A stretch of DNA of 64,000 bases, taken from positions 992,180 through 1,056,179 of the forward strand of contig JAQGDQ010000005.1 of the NCBI GenBank assembly GCA_030141605.1, written 5' to 3'. This DNA comes from Tubiluchus corallicola. Taxonomy: Eukaryota; Animalia; Priapulida. Under the pieces are notes generated by a model. The model had not been told where the DNA came from and made no database searches. It saw only the letters and a program-made list of their open reading frames with translations. A program made the translations under genes and the position numbers. Of the stretch, positions 53,101 to 64,000 are shown one piece after another (position 1 is the stretch's first letter; each line of letters begins with the position of its first letter).

Positions 53101-56100
53101 AAGGTGTATCAGATCTTTCCGTGGCATCTTCCGGCAACTGTTGAAGGAACAAACCATTACTGATGAAGTCTTGCTGACTTTGATTGCTGAAGCCGAGTTC
53201 ATCATGAACAACAGACCTTTAACGGAGTTTTCCAATGACCCAAATGACTTCAGACCATTAACGCCAAATGACCTCATTCTACAGCGACCTTGCCCAAATT
53301 TGCCACCAGACATCTTCTGCAAAGACGACTCTATGCTGAAAAGGAGATGGAGGCAGTGCCAGTATCTCGTCAACATCTTCTGGCGCCGCTGGGTCAAGGA
53401 ATACATTCCAAACTTGCAACAACGTCAGAAATGGCTGACTGTAAAAAGAAACTTTAAAGAGAATGATTTGGTTCTGGTCGTTGATGAGAATGCTGCTCGG
53501 AATCAATGGACAACAGGCAGAATCACCGAAGTATTCCCAGCTCCGGATGGACTCGTGAGATCAGTTATGGTGAAGACCCCATCTACGACATTGCTTAGAC
53601 CAATAACTAAGCTATGTCTCCTCGAAGAAGCTGAGTAAAACTCTGTTTAATGTGTTGATATGCACTTTAATTCTAAAGTACGAATTATTTCATATTTGTC
53701 ATATATAGTTACGTTTATTTTGACCTAATGACTGCAGTATTGTTGGTAAGAAATGACCTTGCCTGTATTATTTAGTTATTTAAATTTGATGCTGCAATTG
53801 TTCGCTGTTATGCGAAAAATTTGATTCTGTGTTAATTTTGTGAATTAAGTGTTATCCATGAATGTGTGATTTAGTTTACAATTTTGCCAAATTAATTGCC
53901 AGTAATTTGAAATGTATGTCAAATATTTGCTTAAATCTTTCAGACAAAATTAACATTAAATTCTATCACTTGGCAGTATGCCAACTTTGTGATAATGTAA
54001 TTCTAAAATTTATATGATGTGCTACATAGAACTTAGCTTTGAACGACATTTGCCTTTGCTAACTGTTATAAGCTATCAAAATGTCACTATAGCATCAGAT
54101 TCTGTTTTATTACATCGTATCTTATTATCGATTCGTTATTTGATTCATTGCTTTGTAGTGCTTTAGCTAACAGTATTTATCTGTAACTTTCATGTTTGGA
54201 ATTATTTCACTCAAAGTGTTTCACTGGAATAGTGTTAACTATCAAACTGTGTGATTGTTCAGTTTTGACTGAAATATTTAGTTGTACTAAATAGCATCTA
54301 AGTGTTACTGTTCAGAGTTCATGTAATATTGTCAGTGACTTACAAGCAGATTATTGTAATGACCACTTTATAAGCGCTCATTAGGAGCCGGGTGTAGCAG
54401 ACTTAGCATTCTTTTTGTTAATCTTACTTATCGTGCACGAGGCGCCATCTGTGACGTGAATGTAAAGGTTTTGGTTTTGGCCAGCTTTTCTGTTTGTTAC
54501 CTGCTAGTCACCTGTCTGTCATTACATACCTGTGCTCTGAACAGTCAGGTTAATCCACTTATGGGAGCTGTTGGACATTTATGTTATACTGGACATACTA
54601 ATTATGTTAATAAAGCATACAGTGGTATTAACCTCTGTTTACAGTGTTTTCTGTGACTACAGTTGGGTAGAGGCCCATAAAAATTGGTTAAACCGTGAGT
54701 TAAAAAATCTCAAGCCATATAAGGACATGTGTGTTATTTATTTATTGATTTAAATAAATCCACCCCATTGTACAACAAAGGTAAAATCTTTTCATAAGTG
54801 ACAGGTATGTTAAAAAGTTTAAAAAATGCTGAAAAGGTCACTTGTGACAAATGAAGTCAGGAAAAACGCTTGCTCAGTCAGCCCCTTTTGCTCCTCCCCT
54901 AGATACACCACTGTGTCTAAAAACAACAAATTGTCCTTTTATATCACAAATAACGCTACAAAGAACGTAAATACATTAGCTAGCTGTTTCTCTTTGCAAA
55001 AAACAGTGAAATATTGACATAGCCGCTTCAGTAAAGTGATATGTGCTGCCCTATTGTCAATATGCAAACCCATAAAAAAATTTATAGTGTACCTATTAGT
55101 GACTTACAATGGAAATGTATCAAAAGGAGATATTCCTTCGCACAACTCGCATCATTATTTGTTGCTTTTCAGGAATATATAGATTTTGTGAAACTTCGTG
55201 CCAATGCACATCACAAAAAAGTTTGACTTGCATTCAGAATTCAGAAAACCAAGCAAAAACTGTTTTCGCCTACTACATCGAGTTTGACAGATACGAATAC
55301 TAACTTCGGGGTTCACTTCTTCAAACGGGTATGGTATGAATTAGATTTCAAAATTGGGTAATCATACATGAGCTTTCCTTGCATAAGTTAAAAAAAGTTT
55401 AATAAACATTAAGAAATAATAATTAAGAAAAGTTAATAAATATAATAAATATGTGAATTTCAAAACTTGCCGAGCAGCACAAAATATTCTGCTAAAAAGG
55501 CTCTAATGTATTATTTTTCCATAATGTTTTCAACATACAACATAAAAGGCAAAAGGTTCTAAGTCATTATCGCTAGCACTTTCATCTGTATTTTAAGACT
55601 TCATCAGCTGATTTTTATTTGCTGAATACAGTAAATCTGTAAGCAAAGTAACCTGTTGAAGGCAAACGCTGCAATTTCATTGTACAAATCCTGCAAAACT
55701 ACACGTCACAGTTTCTTGGCAAACCAACTAAAGATTATTATTCACTTAAGAAATGCACACTTTTGTCCTCCAATCTTAATACCTTTTCACCAAAACTGCT
55801 TGCCTGAAAATTCAATTATATGCTTTGAGTAGTAAGAACAAGGCAACAAAGTACTTTGTTAGAAAGGCGTACCTTGCACAGCATCTTTGTTAATCATTCT
55901 GCTTTACTAAAATTGGTAAATGTTAAGTTTTAGATGAATGATGTTGCATCAGTAGTTGAGCTTTGGTTAATTTTGGTCTACCTTCTGGTGTTTTCAGGGA
56001 TCACGCTTACAGCCCCCTTTTGCTTAACTGTGTGTAGCATACAGTTTATTCAGTGTAAATAAGTGATCATGAGTTCAAGACAAGAATGAGAGCTTGCCAC

Positions 56101-59100
56101 AGAGGTTGCATGTCTCAGTTGTATGTAACTTTCTGCCTAAGAGATTTTTGCCATTTATCTGAAAGCTTTTGCTTAATAACAATGAATTTAACTCAACTTA
56201 GAAAGTCTTGGCATACTTCCAGAATGGTGAGATGGGCTTTTTTAGTGATTTTGCAACATCTTTGTTATGACAGAGAACTGAAAAACATTAAAGAAACAAG
56301 ATATTTTACTGATAAACTATTAATGAAGAAATCAATAGTTTACCAGAGTATCCAAAAGTTTAGCTGCATACTTGAAGATTGCTAAGCAAGTTTAGTTCAT
56401 CACTTATTCATGTTGGTATCATGGAGATTATAGATGAAATAATATTGCCATTGCACACACTGTCATAAATCTTAACTAGCAGTTTTCTTACTGTGATTCT
56501 CACTGCATTTTTGTCACACCCAGTGAAAATAAATATCACTATCTTGGTTATTTGAGTATTTTCACTAGCGACGGCTGTGATGAGAGGAATCGCTGGCGGG
56601 ACTTTAATCATTTCCACGGGTGATATGAAGAGTGATATCTTGCGGTGTTTAATGTTTTCACTGGTGATTTTATTGCTCCAGCATTAGAGCACTCGCTAGC
56701 AAGATTTACAAGAGCTTTCCTTTGCTGTGGCGATAGACTGGCTGTTGGTGATTTTGGCATTTGTGATATCGCCAGTGCTTAAAGTGCGCTGTGCCTGTTA
56801 GAATGGCAGACCTGGAACATAAAATTGCAGATTCTGCACCTAAAGAAAGACAATGTCTCGCTGGGTTGTACATTTAGTTTTCTCACCATTTAATTAGATA
56901 TAAGCCTATCCGTAACACATGTTAGTAGCACAATTTACATCTTGCAGTCAGAAAAATTGAACTGTAAATTATAACAACGGGCACAATGATAACAACAATA
57001 ACGTGCTGCAACTCACTTTTCTTGCAACTTTTCAGGAAAAAAGAAACTGTTTCTTGAGAACATGCACACAAGAATAATGAGTTAACACACTTCACCATGC
57101 CATAACTTATTTTGGTTTAGATTTCGAAAGTTGCTTTAAAATTTGGCTGTAATCAGTTGGTGTGATTGTATTAGTAAAAGTATGTCAACAGGTAAATTGC
57201 AGCTAGTACACGTTGCTGTACTTCGTCTGCTCAGTGATTCCTAATGGTTAAATGGTTTAAATAGGCAAAGACTTAAACAGGATAATGTATAAAGGCTAGC
57301 TGATGAAAACTAGTTAATTTACTGATTAAAAAGAAAATTAATGTTTTTGTATTAAAACCTATATTTTGTATCCTTAATGGCAAAAAATATTTGAAAAACT
57401 ACTTACTGAACTGACCTTTTTCTACAACTAAAAGCCTAAAATCAAGGAAAATGCATTGGTTTTTGCACCAATGTAAGCCCCGGACGACATAGGGCGAGCT
57501 TACAGTGCTCCCCCAGACCTCCAGCTGTTTCTTGCTCTGTTCATTCTGACCTCTTACCTAAACACTTTAAGCACTGGATATCACCTAAGTGTTATAATCA
57601 CTGTGATAAAATTGCTAGTCAAAACGATCCTTAGTGAAATGTTCTCAGCTTCCACATAAGGTTACTGTCACTTACTACATATACAGAGAACAATTCGTGT
57701 GTGTAAATGATGCATTTAAATAATGGGATTTTTATGGTAAATTATATTCCATACTAGAATTTAAATTAAGCAGCTAATTTAACAACTGAGGCTAAGCTCC
57801 TATATAAGAAAAACACTCATAATTACAATTTATGGCAAAATTAGACTTTCATTGATTCACACATTTTGGAAAAGCAAATCGACAAGTTAGCAGACAAAAA
57901 TGAACTTGTCAGTAGCAGTGCTAGAATTATGAATTTATTCCACAGCAACACAAACATACATACAAATTGATATTACATTGAAAAAAATGAACAAAGCGAG
58001 TTACTGTGAGGAGTTACTGCATTGAGCTTTCAAGTCCTCCTCCAAATAAGTGAAACAATTGACAATTAACATTGGATAGTATTTTCATCAGTTATAACAT
58101 ACATTAGAACCAAATAAGTTTTGTTAGTAACTTAAGATCGGGATGAGTAAAATTGTGAGTTAATTATACTGTTGTAGTAGGTAATTCTTTGATGCATTTT
58201 TAAATTGATAAAGATTAAGAGTTTTCATTTCACGCGGATTATTTACGCGGACATGTTAAAACTGAATTATTTTACATGATTATGAATTAATTCAACCATC
58301 AATGCAAAAAGTGCAGAGCACATTCCAAATAGTAATAACCAAAAAGCAGTGCTAAGCTGTTCTATAGAAATTGCTTGTGCTTCTATAGCTTGACTAGGCA
58401 TATTCAAACATTTATGTGAAGGAACAAACTGCTTGTTTAATAAATTACCGGCAATGCTACTTTGGAGTAATGAAGCAAAGCCATGGTTTAATGCTTCTGT
58501 ATAGTGACTTTGTTTTGGAACTGCAAAAGCCATTTGCATTGGAGCAGAGACTACTGGTGCTACAGAAAATCTACAATATCCATATATTGTAAAGTCTCGG
58601 ATAAACTCCAACTCTGTATGAATCTCATTATCAAAATATGTATATCGTCCTGTAAATGTCAGATCTAATGCTGTTGAAATATCATCCACAGGTACCCTTT
58701 CATCAGCTTGTATTTTCTTCCACAATTTTCCATAATCTGTATCAGATGGACTGTTTCTTAAAACAGAAGTAGAAGAAAAATTTCCAACAGTTAAGGGAAT
58801 TATGTTACTTTCTGTTAATTCCTGAAGAGTGGAAAACGTGTGGTATTCCTTGCTTACAAACAGCTTACTGACCAACATTCCTGAATACATGGTAACTACA
58901 ATGATCGCAAACAACCACCACCATCCAATGACCATTCGAGCAGGCAAACGCTGAGGTAAGTAAGTTCCAGCTTGTTGCAGAAATGAAGACAAGGTATATT
59001 GAGTGAAATACATTATACCTGATTTTGCAGAGTGCATTTCAGTGAAATCATTTTTTTTGCACGCCATCTTTGTTTGACGATTAAGACAATAAATTATAGG

Positions 59101-62100
59101 TCCTGTTACAATTCCAAATGTTATAAGCAGCAGCCACACTGAAGTACTGAAAGGATCTGTTAAATCAAATCCTCGCAATTTGTTCCGTTTTGTAACAAAC
59201 ACCTGTGATGAATATGCAACTGGATGCAAAAAAGTCATGACCTTTGTCCTTTCCTGAAGCATATCAACTAATCCAAATACATCAACCTTAGCCTCCTCAG
59301 CCACTGTTTCTGGATTTTTCCAAGCTTCAATCATTTTTGTTTTAAAAGTAAAGTTCAGAGCATTGCTGAGTGCCAGAAAAATTTTATTTGCATACGGTCC
59401 AACATTATCAGAATCAGCATCCCAGATACCGACCACAAGTTCAGCACCGTTGAGTGAACAGTCATGCATACCCCAGTGGGTGCTATAAAATGCACAGTAA
59501 TCTTTTGTGGTTGTACTGCCCATGTTTTTCAAGTGTCTAGGCTGACTGACACTTTGTTTGTTGTCTACATTGGTCTTACAATTCCTAATGCAAAATTTTC
59601 CCAAAAACTGAAAAATAACAATGTAAGTCAAAAAGAACAGTGTCCTTGTAGAAACCATGTCACAGCCTTCCCAGATTAATTATTTTTCTGCTCAAAACAA
59701 AAAGATCGAGTCACCCTATGTCACTTTTGCAAAATCCACTATGAGTCAGTTACTGCTAAAAGCCTCTTATTGAAGAATAGTTATCGATTAGTGATGTGCT
59801 GACGAATGGCTGGTTTTCCCTATACGACAAATAACATTTATCACAATCACCAAACGTACAATAATAGGGATTGTATACTAACTATGACTGCTAAGTGTTA
59901 TTGACTGTTTCTTCCTCACCACAATGCTGACTAAACAAATACAAATGACATACAAGAACAAGCAATTTGAACAATGCAAAACATAGCTCTGCCTTGGTGA
60001 GGTATGGGCGAGATTTACTAAACACCCATTTTCTCTTAGAAGTATAAAGAGAAGCTGATTACAACCACAGAAGTCAGCCTTGTGCAGTCTGATATTACCT
60101 AGGTTGAAAACTTCTATGAGTTAAAATTACTTCTGTATTCATCCTTATGCAAGTCGGCTTGAGACATTCAATCCACTTATGGCCTTTATGAGTGAATAAA
60201 ATAAAAATCTCCTACAGGTAGTCTAAGAAATTATGGGAAATTCTATCGAATGTTTTCATTTTCTTCAAAGCTAGATACTGAATACTTACCATGTAACACA
60301 TTTTTTTATTCATTTTAATGAAGCACAAGGATGAACTTAATATTAAATAACCGGTACTAAAAGATGAAAAAAGTGAAACAAATGGCACCCCAGTAAAGGT
60401 CCATATGAATGCAATGTAAACCAAAAAACTATAAGCTACACTGTTTTTAAGCTGTAAATGAAGTAGATCAAATTTACACAATATTTCTGACAACTCATTA
60501 ACAATTTAGCTAAAAAATCTGAAGAGGTTATTGTTGGAATGATTTTCTTTTAAGAAATAAAAACCACTTATTTTCCCTAAAACTACAATAATTTCAAATT
60601 TATTGCAATAGTATAACATTCGTAAAGAAAAAATCCAACAGCATATATCAGTCTCCATAATGGTTACACTTAGAGAATTTAGCAAAAATACTACAATTTT
60701 TATATTAAAAAGTATGTTCAGCATATTTAAGTCAAAGGCTCAGACTATTTCATACATTCCACAAGGCAAAAATGAAAACGTTATGCAGTAAATTCAAGCT
60801 CGCACAAGTGGGTAAGAATAATTAGTTTCAGACTACTTGTGTTTCATTTTACTGAAAAAGTCATACGACTCAGTGACACACATTGGTAATGGACAACTCA
60901 GTTTATATTTAAGCAAATTTGGGCAGCTCCAAAGATACACAGTAGAGAGGAGAGTTCCAAAAATAACCACTTGCCGAAAGACCTAGAAGATTCTATCGTC
61001 TCTAACCATTTAGCCACCTAAACGACCATTACACCAAGTGATGGAATCAACCTGGATCGGAATTTGGATAGCTGTGAGCAACTGTCTTTACTTGTACAAG
61101 CAAGGACACCAAGGCATTTGCACTCAAAGCGAGCGACACACAATAGCTCTTTGATCAAACAAGATATCTTGTACAGCTACAGAACTCCAGAAAAATCTAC
61201 AAACAGCACACCATAGGCAGCTATGCCACTATCATCACTCCAACTTAGTTTCTCGGAAAGAAAGGAAATTTTGATTTCAATCTAAATTTTATTATTAAGA
61301 CTGAGCACACTAGATGTGGTACACCTTTGACTGCATCCACACTAATTATAATTAAAAAAGCGCAACTTACCCACTTATTTAATGCATCCAAGTAGGCAGG
61401 ATTGGCACTGGTATTTGCATTCCTTTCCTCTGCATTGGCTGCATATGGTGCTACCTCAAGTTCTATAGTTTAAAGTATAGAGAAGGCATCACATTTTAAT
61501 GTCTTCTAAATTTTATTACATCTATTACATTTAAATCTTATTACACAATAATTATTCTAAATATTATTACAGCATATGCCATAGTAATAAATAGTTCTCT
61601 TTCATTAATCTTACAATCTAGAACAATGTTAAGCCAAGAAGCCGTTTAAGAGATTTGTATTAAAAGCTGTCATTAGTAGCAAGGATATGTCGTTCACAAA
61701 CATTAAAACAAAACCGACCCAATCTTATACTGCAGGTCAAAACAATCTGCTCTTTAAAATATTAAAAGGGAACACACAATTTTTTCAAAATGACTTACGT
61801 GAAAGAATTATTACCACATGAACACGATTTCACATCCGCGCCACTAGTTCTTCGGTGTTACATGCATTTCCCCATTCGCTAGTTAGACGGGCACTAGCGC
61901 CTTAGTTTCTGAGGAACTATGCACGTTCGACAGCACATGCGTGAGCACAGTGCTAAATTTGAAATTTGAATTTTTATCTTAAAACTTGCCTAGTTTCAGT
62001 ACAACACACTGAATATCTTACAGTAGCATTGTAATTCAATTTTCAATTTCGCAAACATGTGCAACATGCTCGTGGAATGTTTTTGCTGTTGAAAATTATG

Positions 62101-63976
62101 TTAATTTGCGATGTCATCAAAAGTTGGGCTCACCCGCTGTCAATTAAGTTTTCAATCTATAATTTAATTATCAGAAACACTTTTACATTATTAATTGTGT
62201 TAAAATGTATACTTTTTATCGGACATGAAAATGTAAAAATATATGAAAAATCATCCTGTCTTCCTTTAATAATTACACCATTACAGTGTTGCAAAAAACT
62301 GTTCAGTTTGCCAGATGGAGCCGACCTGGATCTGCTGGATCATTCGATTTGACAGTAAATCTAAAAAGTTCTGTACCAACACAGCTCACAAATGTATGTC
62401 ACGTGAAGTCCGGCAAAAACTCCACTTCGCAAGTAAGAGGTTCTGTATAATGCCAGACATTATATATGGCAGTGTATCTAACATTCACTTTATTAATTAC
62501 GAACGATTCATAAAAACTCATAAAATGTATGCCAGTAAATTTTTTAATAAGGCAAACATCCATGCTGCTGTGGTAACTATTGCCTTTCCACGGTCCAAAT
62601 CGAGAGCTCAAACTTGAAAATTTTCTGAACAAAAACTGGAACAAAAAGGAACTTGGCACAGAGCATGAAAAAGACCAAAATTAGTTTTCTTTTCAATTTG
62701 GCATTCCTCACATATCATAAACAAAATAGCAAAGCTCGATTTTTCTAAATTAGCTGTCTATAGCTTGCAAGGAAAACAGCTATACAGAAGTGAGGCATCT
62801 TATGTCCAAGATACTTACAAATCTAAAACTTTACCGTATACAGTAGTTCTCTTTAGTTACTCACTTTGACTCGGCAGTAACATAGCAAATTCGACAAATT
62901 TTCTGCTTGATTTGGCATGATTAGGCACTATTTTAGCACACTCAGCAGAGATTCAGTTGACCAAATTAAAGTTACCTTGCTTGACTGAGTCAAACTCACA
63001 TTCTAACTCGGGCACTTTAACTCACTCTAACTATAGGACAGAAGCGACCACTAGTAATATGCAGACACATAATAGCAAGAAAAATGTAAAAAAATTATTG
63101 CATATAGTCCACAAAGAATTTGCATTAAAATTGAATTTGCTTACAGATAAAAATTATATGGGAACCTCGGAACATCCTTTTCAAGTAACAACATTACCCA
63201 TACTAAGACTGATGCGAAAATGTCACACAGTTTAAAAACCAACCTGTAGTTTCTGGATTACCAATGTATTTAAAAACACATGTGGGAGGCACAGACTCCA
63301 GTACAAGTATAGCATTAACAGCTTTCTGCAGCAAATGTTGGAATGACATTGGAGAATGGTCTGACTTCGCTGCTTGTTTAGGCTTATCTTTTGACTGTAA
63401 CAAAAATAAATACTATAAAAATATCAGTTTCTCTCAAGCTTCACTCACAACGCTAAGTTGGTGCAAAAAACTTAAAAACTGTCATGCGTCTTAAATCTTA
63501 ATAAACGGACCACATTACCACAATTCTGCTTGTCAACCCACTTCTGAGAATTAATACAGTTGCAATACACTTATGCAACTTATGATCAATACAGTTAGAT
63601 GCCACTTTAAGTAGTAAATTATAGCATTTAGCTAAAAATAGCATTAATATGATCGTTTGCACCAAATGTCATCTACAAATTATGATACATAAAAAATGGA
63701 ATTTATGGTATGCTATTTCATGTCAGATTTCAGACAAGTATAAGGCAGGAGTCTAATGTGCTTCAGTTCAGAGAACTTAATCTTTTCGCACGTTTTTTGC
63801 TTATCAAGAAAAATACATGGCAGACCTGCAAGACAAACAGCAACGTACTATTTCTCTGAGATTTTTACGATGTAAAAAAACAAACACCAAAGACAATTCT
63901 AAATGTGAAGGACTGTAAAACTTACCAATATTTTAATGGATGGCAACTTTTCTAAATGTTCATGCAACTTTGCACT
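35159..63976 (-). CDS. PDXDC1: Pyridoxal-dependent decarboxylase domain-containing protein 1, 3' part (5' exons lie beyond the window)
   Basis: Phase-consistent minus-strand exons 63926-63976, 63262-63394, 61371-61462, 41399-41504, 40865-41036, 39583-39710, 38428-38546, 36846-36938, 36297-36399, 36040-36198, (35689-35742 possible), 35159-35286. Motifs YLDALNKW|MGQTL, GICIRYCPL, WAGLGAVRY, CIRFGMVT, GILRYVPIVGSLINWWSP, GRTFDLASG, MESTENTYKYHMQ. Confidence 0.92.
37422..37826. mobile_element. Non-autonomous Kolobok-like element, copy 1
   Basis: TTCA-AAGGAAACAC ... TTTTCCCT-TTAA; collinear similarity to 61762-62269 (catggaatgttt, gatgtcatca..agttgggct, ttaattatca, ttaaaatgtatactt). Confidence 0.7.
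39040..39090. repeat. Tandem duplication of about 24 bp
   Basis: gcctctcaaaccaactgccggcaa(g) occurs twice in tandem. Confidence 0.85.
39156..39558. mobile_element. hAT-like MITE
   Basis: Inverted termini TAGGGGTGAGCAT / ATGCTCACCCCAA, with internal ATTCGA/ATTCAA repeats; target duplication not clear. Confidence 0.75.
41631..41849. mobile_element. Degenerate short hAT-like MITE
   Basis: Ends TAGTATTGTTA / TAACAACCCTG, with repeated GATCG/CGATC/GATTG motifs. Confidence 0.45.
43815..45200 (-). CDS. Intronless divergent ionotropic receptor (IR, iGluR-derived chemoreceptor-like), paralogue 1, about 461 aa
   Basis: ATG at 45200 (the ORF track starts at an upstream TTG). Hydrophobic signal peptide, S1 (VDLVGL..IPERTEYMRFLHP), DPFSWPVW+M1, pore LLQQ, RMLIGWWWIF..MYTGTLVSKL, S2, final TM; no amino-terminal domain. 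Confidence 0.88.
   Translation of the reverse strand: MFWISLLFLMLSFATSPVWMIICENKILCHVQKSSIQSAWCHAGLDNFMPKNVNGLLSYTVKKHNYSLGGINLRVAFWEDEAINPFLNEIIAMLSKSLDFVYTVKYFGSLETPEKIMESGEVDLVGLVSTIPERTEYMRFLHPIAYSPNVFVVKKHELKGFGLTDPFSWPVWLLLITYTLVVGSLLFCLDCCTKPANQQKGRFSERNNVIYFIRFALSSLLQQPGTYLPRCLSTRMLIGWWWIFAVNMIAMYTGTLVSKLFISKESYSFISLQELIDSDTTPVTVGDFASTSVLKNSAPESEYGKLWKKMEADGNVPVDSVEIALNLTATGKYTYFNDNIYAALALIQDYYVHGRCRFSYAPVSFVPLPLTFGIRKVNDFAESLNFGIATLMQGDLIENFLQTMMKPLRKCVDEPHQAINVQSITLNQLGAVLWVLLCGFIVSLISLLCEFIYYKCRKEKH
47015..47283 (+). repeat. 5' LTR
   Basis: TGTAGCAGAC...GTGACTACA; AATAAA at 47231-47236. Confidence 0.97.
47286..47297 (+). promoter_or_regulatory. Putative self-priming primer-binding site
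   Basis: ATTAACCTGACT, 2 nt after the LTR, is the exact reverse complement of AGTCAGGTTAAT at 47165-47176; no TGG tRNA-type PBS is present. Confidence 0.75.
47488..53638 (+). pseudogene. BEL/Pao gag-pol polyprotein disrupted by one in-frame stop and one frameshift
   Basis: Likely ATG 47488; TAA 48358-48360 with the same frame continuing; three Cys/His knuckles (CPMCLRDH, CINCFKPDH, CKDTNC..HH); protease LDSCS; RT YLPHH, ADIEGMF, FYVDD; RNase H FSDAS; integrase GIDFFGP / TDRGTNF / GGVWER with a frameshift near 52910. Confidence 0.95.
54393..54661 (+). repeat. 3' LTR
   Basis: Near-identical copy of 47015-47283. Confidence 0.97.
56447..56810. repeat. GC-richer tract of degenerate palindromic ATCGCTGGCG/CACTGGTGAT motifs, probably the interior of an old MITE
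   Basis: Repeated cactagcga, atcgctggcg, cactggtgat, tcgctagc, gatatcgccagtg. Confidence 0.45.
57465..57527. repeat. Hairpin-forming interspersed repeat core (GAGCTTACAGTGCTCCCCCAGACC)
   Basis: GCAC..TGTAAGC / GCTTACAGTGC inverted repeat; a related fragment gcttacagccccc lies near 56005. Confidence 0.5.
58267..59658 (-). CDS. Intronless divergent ionotropic receptor, paralogue 2, 463 aa
   Basis: Same layout as 43815-45200: VDVFGL..LQERTKVMTFLHP, DPFSTSVW, FLQQ, RMVIGWWWLF..MYSGMLVSKL, CRFSVAP, final TM. Confidence 0.88.
   Translation of the reverse strand: MVSTRTLFFLTYIVIFQFLGKFCIRNCKTNVDNKQSVSQPRHLKNMGSTTTKDYCAFYSTHWGMHDCSLNGAELVVGIWDADSDNVGPYANKIFLALSNALNFTFKTKMIEAWKNPETVAEEAKVDVFGLVDMLQERTKVMTFLHPVAYSSQVFVTKRNKLRGFDLTDPFSTSVWLLLITFGIVTGPIIYCLNRQTKMACKKNDFTEMHSAKSGIMYFTQYTLSSFLQQAGTYLPQRLPARMVIGWWWLFAIIVVTMYSGMLVSKLFVSKEYHTFSTLQELTESNIIPLTVGNFSSTSVLRNSPSDTDYGKLWKKIQADERVPVDDISTALDLTFTGRYTYFDNEIHTELEFIRDFTIYGYCRFSVAPVVSAPMQMAFAVPKQSHYTEALNHGFASLLQSSIAGNLLNKQFVPSHKCLNMPSQAIEAQAISIEQLSTAFWLLLFGMCSALFALMVELIHNHVK
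61762..62269. mobile_element. Non-autonomous Kolobok-like element, copy 2
   Basis: TTAA-AAGGGAACAC ... GTCTTCCT-TTAA; homologous to 37422-37826. Confidence 0.72.
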
Positions 63977-64000
63977 CTGTAAAGAAAAAAAAACTCCAAG

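Larger units (their letters stand above)
47015..54661 (+). mobile_element. Full-length BEL/Pao LTR retrotransposon (7647 bp)
   Basis: 269-bp TG..CA LTRs differing at 3 positions by eye; 5-bp flanks GTAGG/GTTGG; purine-rich AGGAGCCGGG before the 3' LTR; domain order Gag-PR-RT-RH-IN with Pao-type motifs. Confidence 0.97.

Noticed and set aside
49077-53506. Many antisense and alternate-frame ORFs over the retrotransposon (and likewise over laminin, histone and IR exons)
   Set aside because: Shadow ORFs of real coding sequence with no independent protein features.
60920-61265. Coding-like composition in the PDXDC1 intron
   Set aside because: Stops in the frames I tried and no recognisable motif; perhaps an old TE fragment, but unassignable.
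62975-63030. Possible extra PDXDC1 exon with a GTAAC donor
   Set aside because: In-frame TGA with the nearest good acceptor, and the flanking exons already join in phase.

Overview
AT-rich, intron-containing animal genomic DNA, most likely a protostome invertebrate (it has intronless ionotropic receptors and stem-loop histone genes). Gene order: 3' part of a laminin gamma chain gene (+), ICT1/MRPL58 (+, 6 exons), eIF3d (+, 14 exons), LINE remnants, a lone divergent H2B-H2A pair, and the 3' part of PDXDC1 (-). One 19.9-kb PDXDC1 intron (41505-61370) holds two intronless ionotropic-receptor paralogues on the host strand and a young full-length BEL/Pao LTR retrotransposon. Main observation: that element has no tRNA-type primer-binding site. 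The 12 nt starting 2 nt after the 5' LTR are instead the perfect reverse complement of a 12-mer inside its own LTR, which is the architecture of Tf1-type self-primed reverse transcription. Other highlights are a candidate 78-nt polybasic cassette exon in the laminin coiled coil that looks like a charge-reversed duplicate of the preceding exon end, and a 23-nt element shared downstream of both histone stem-loops that predicts the U7 snRNA 5' end. All exon models and family calls were made by eye, without database searches.
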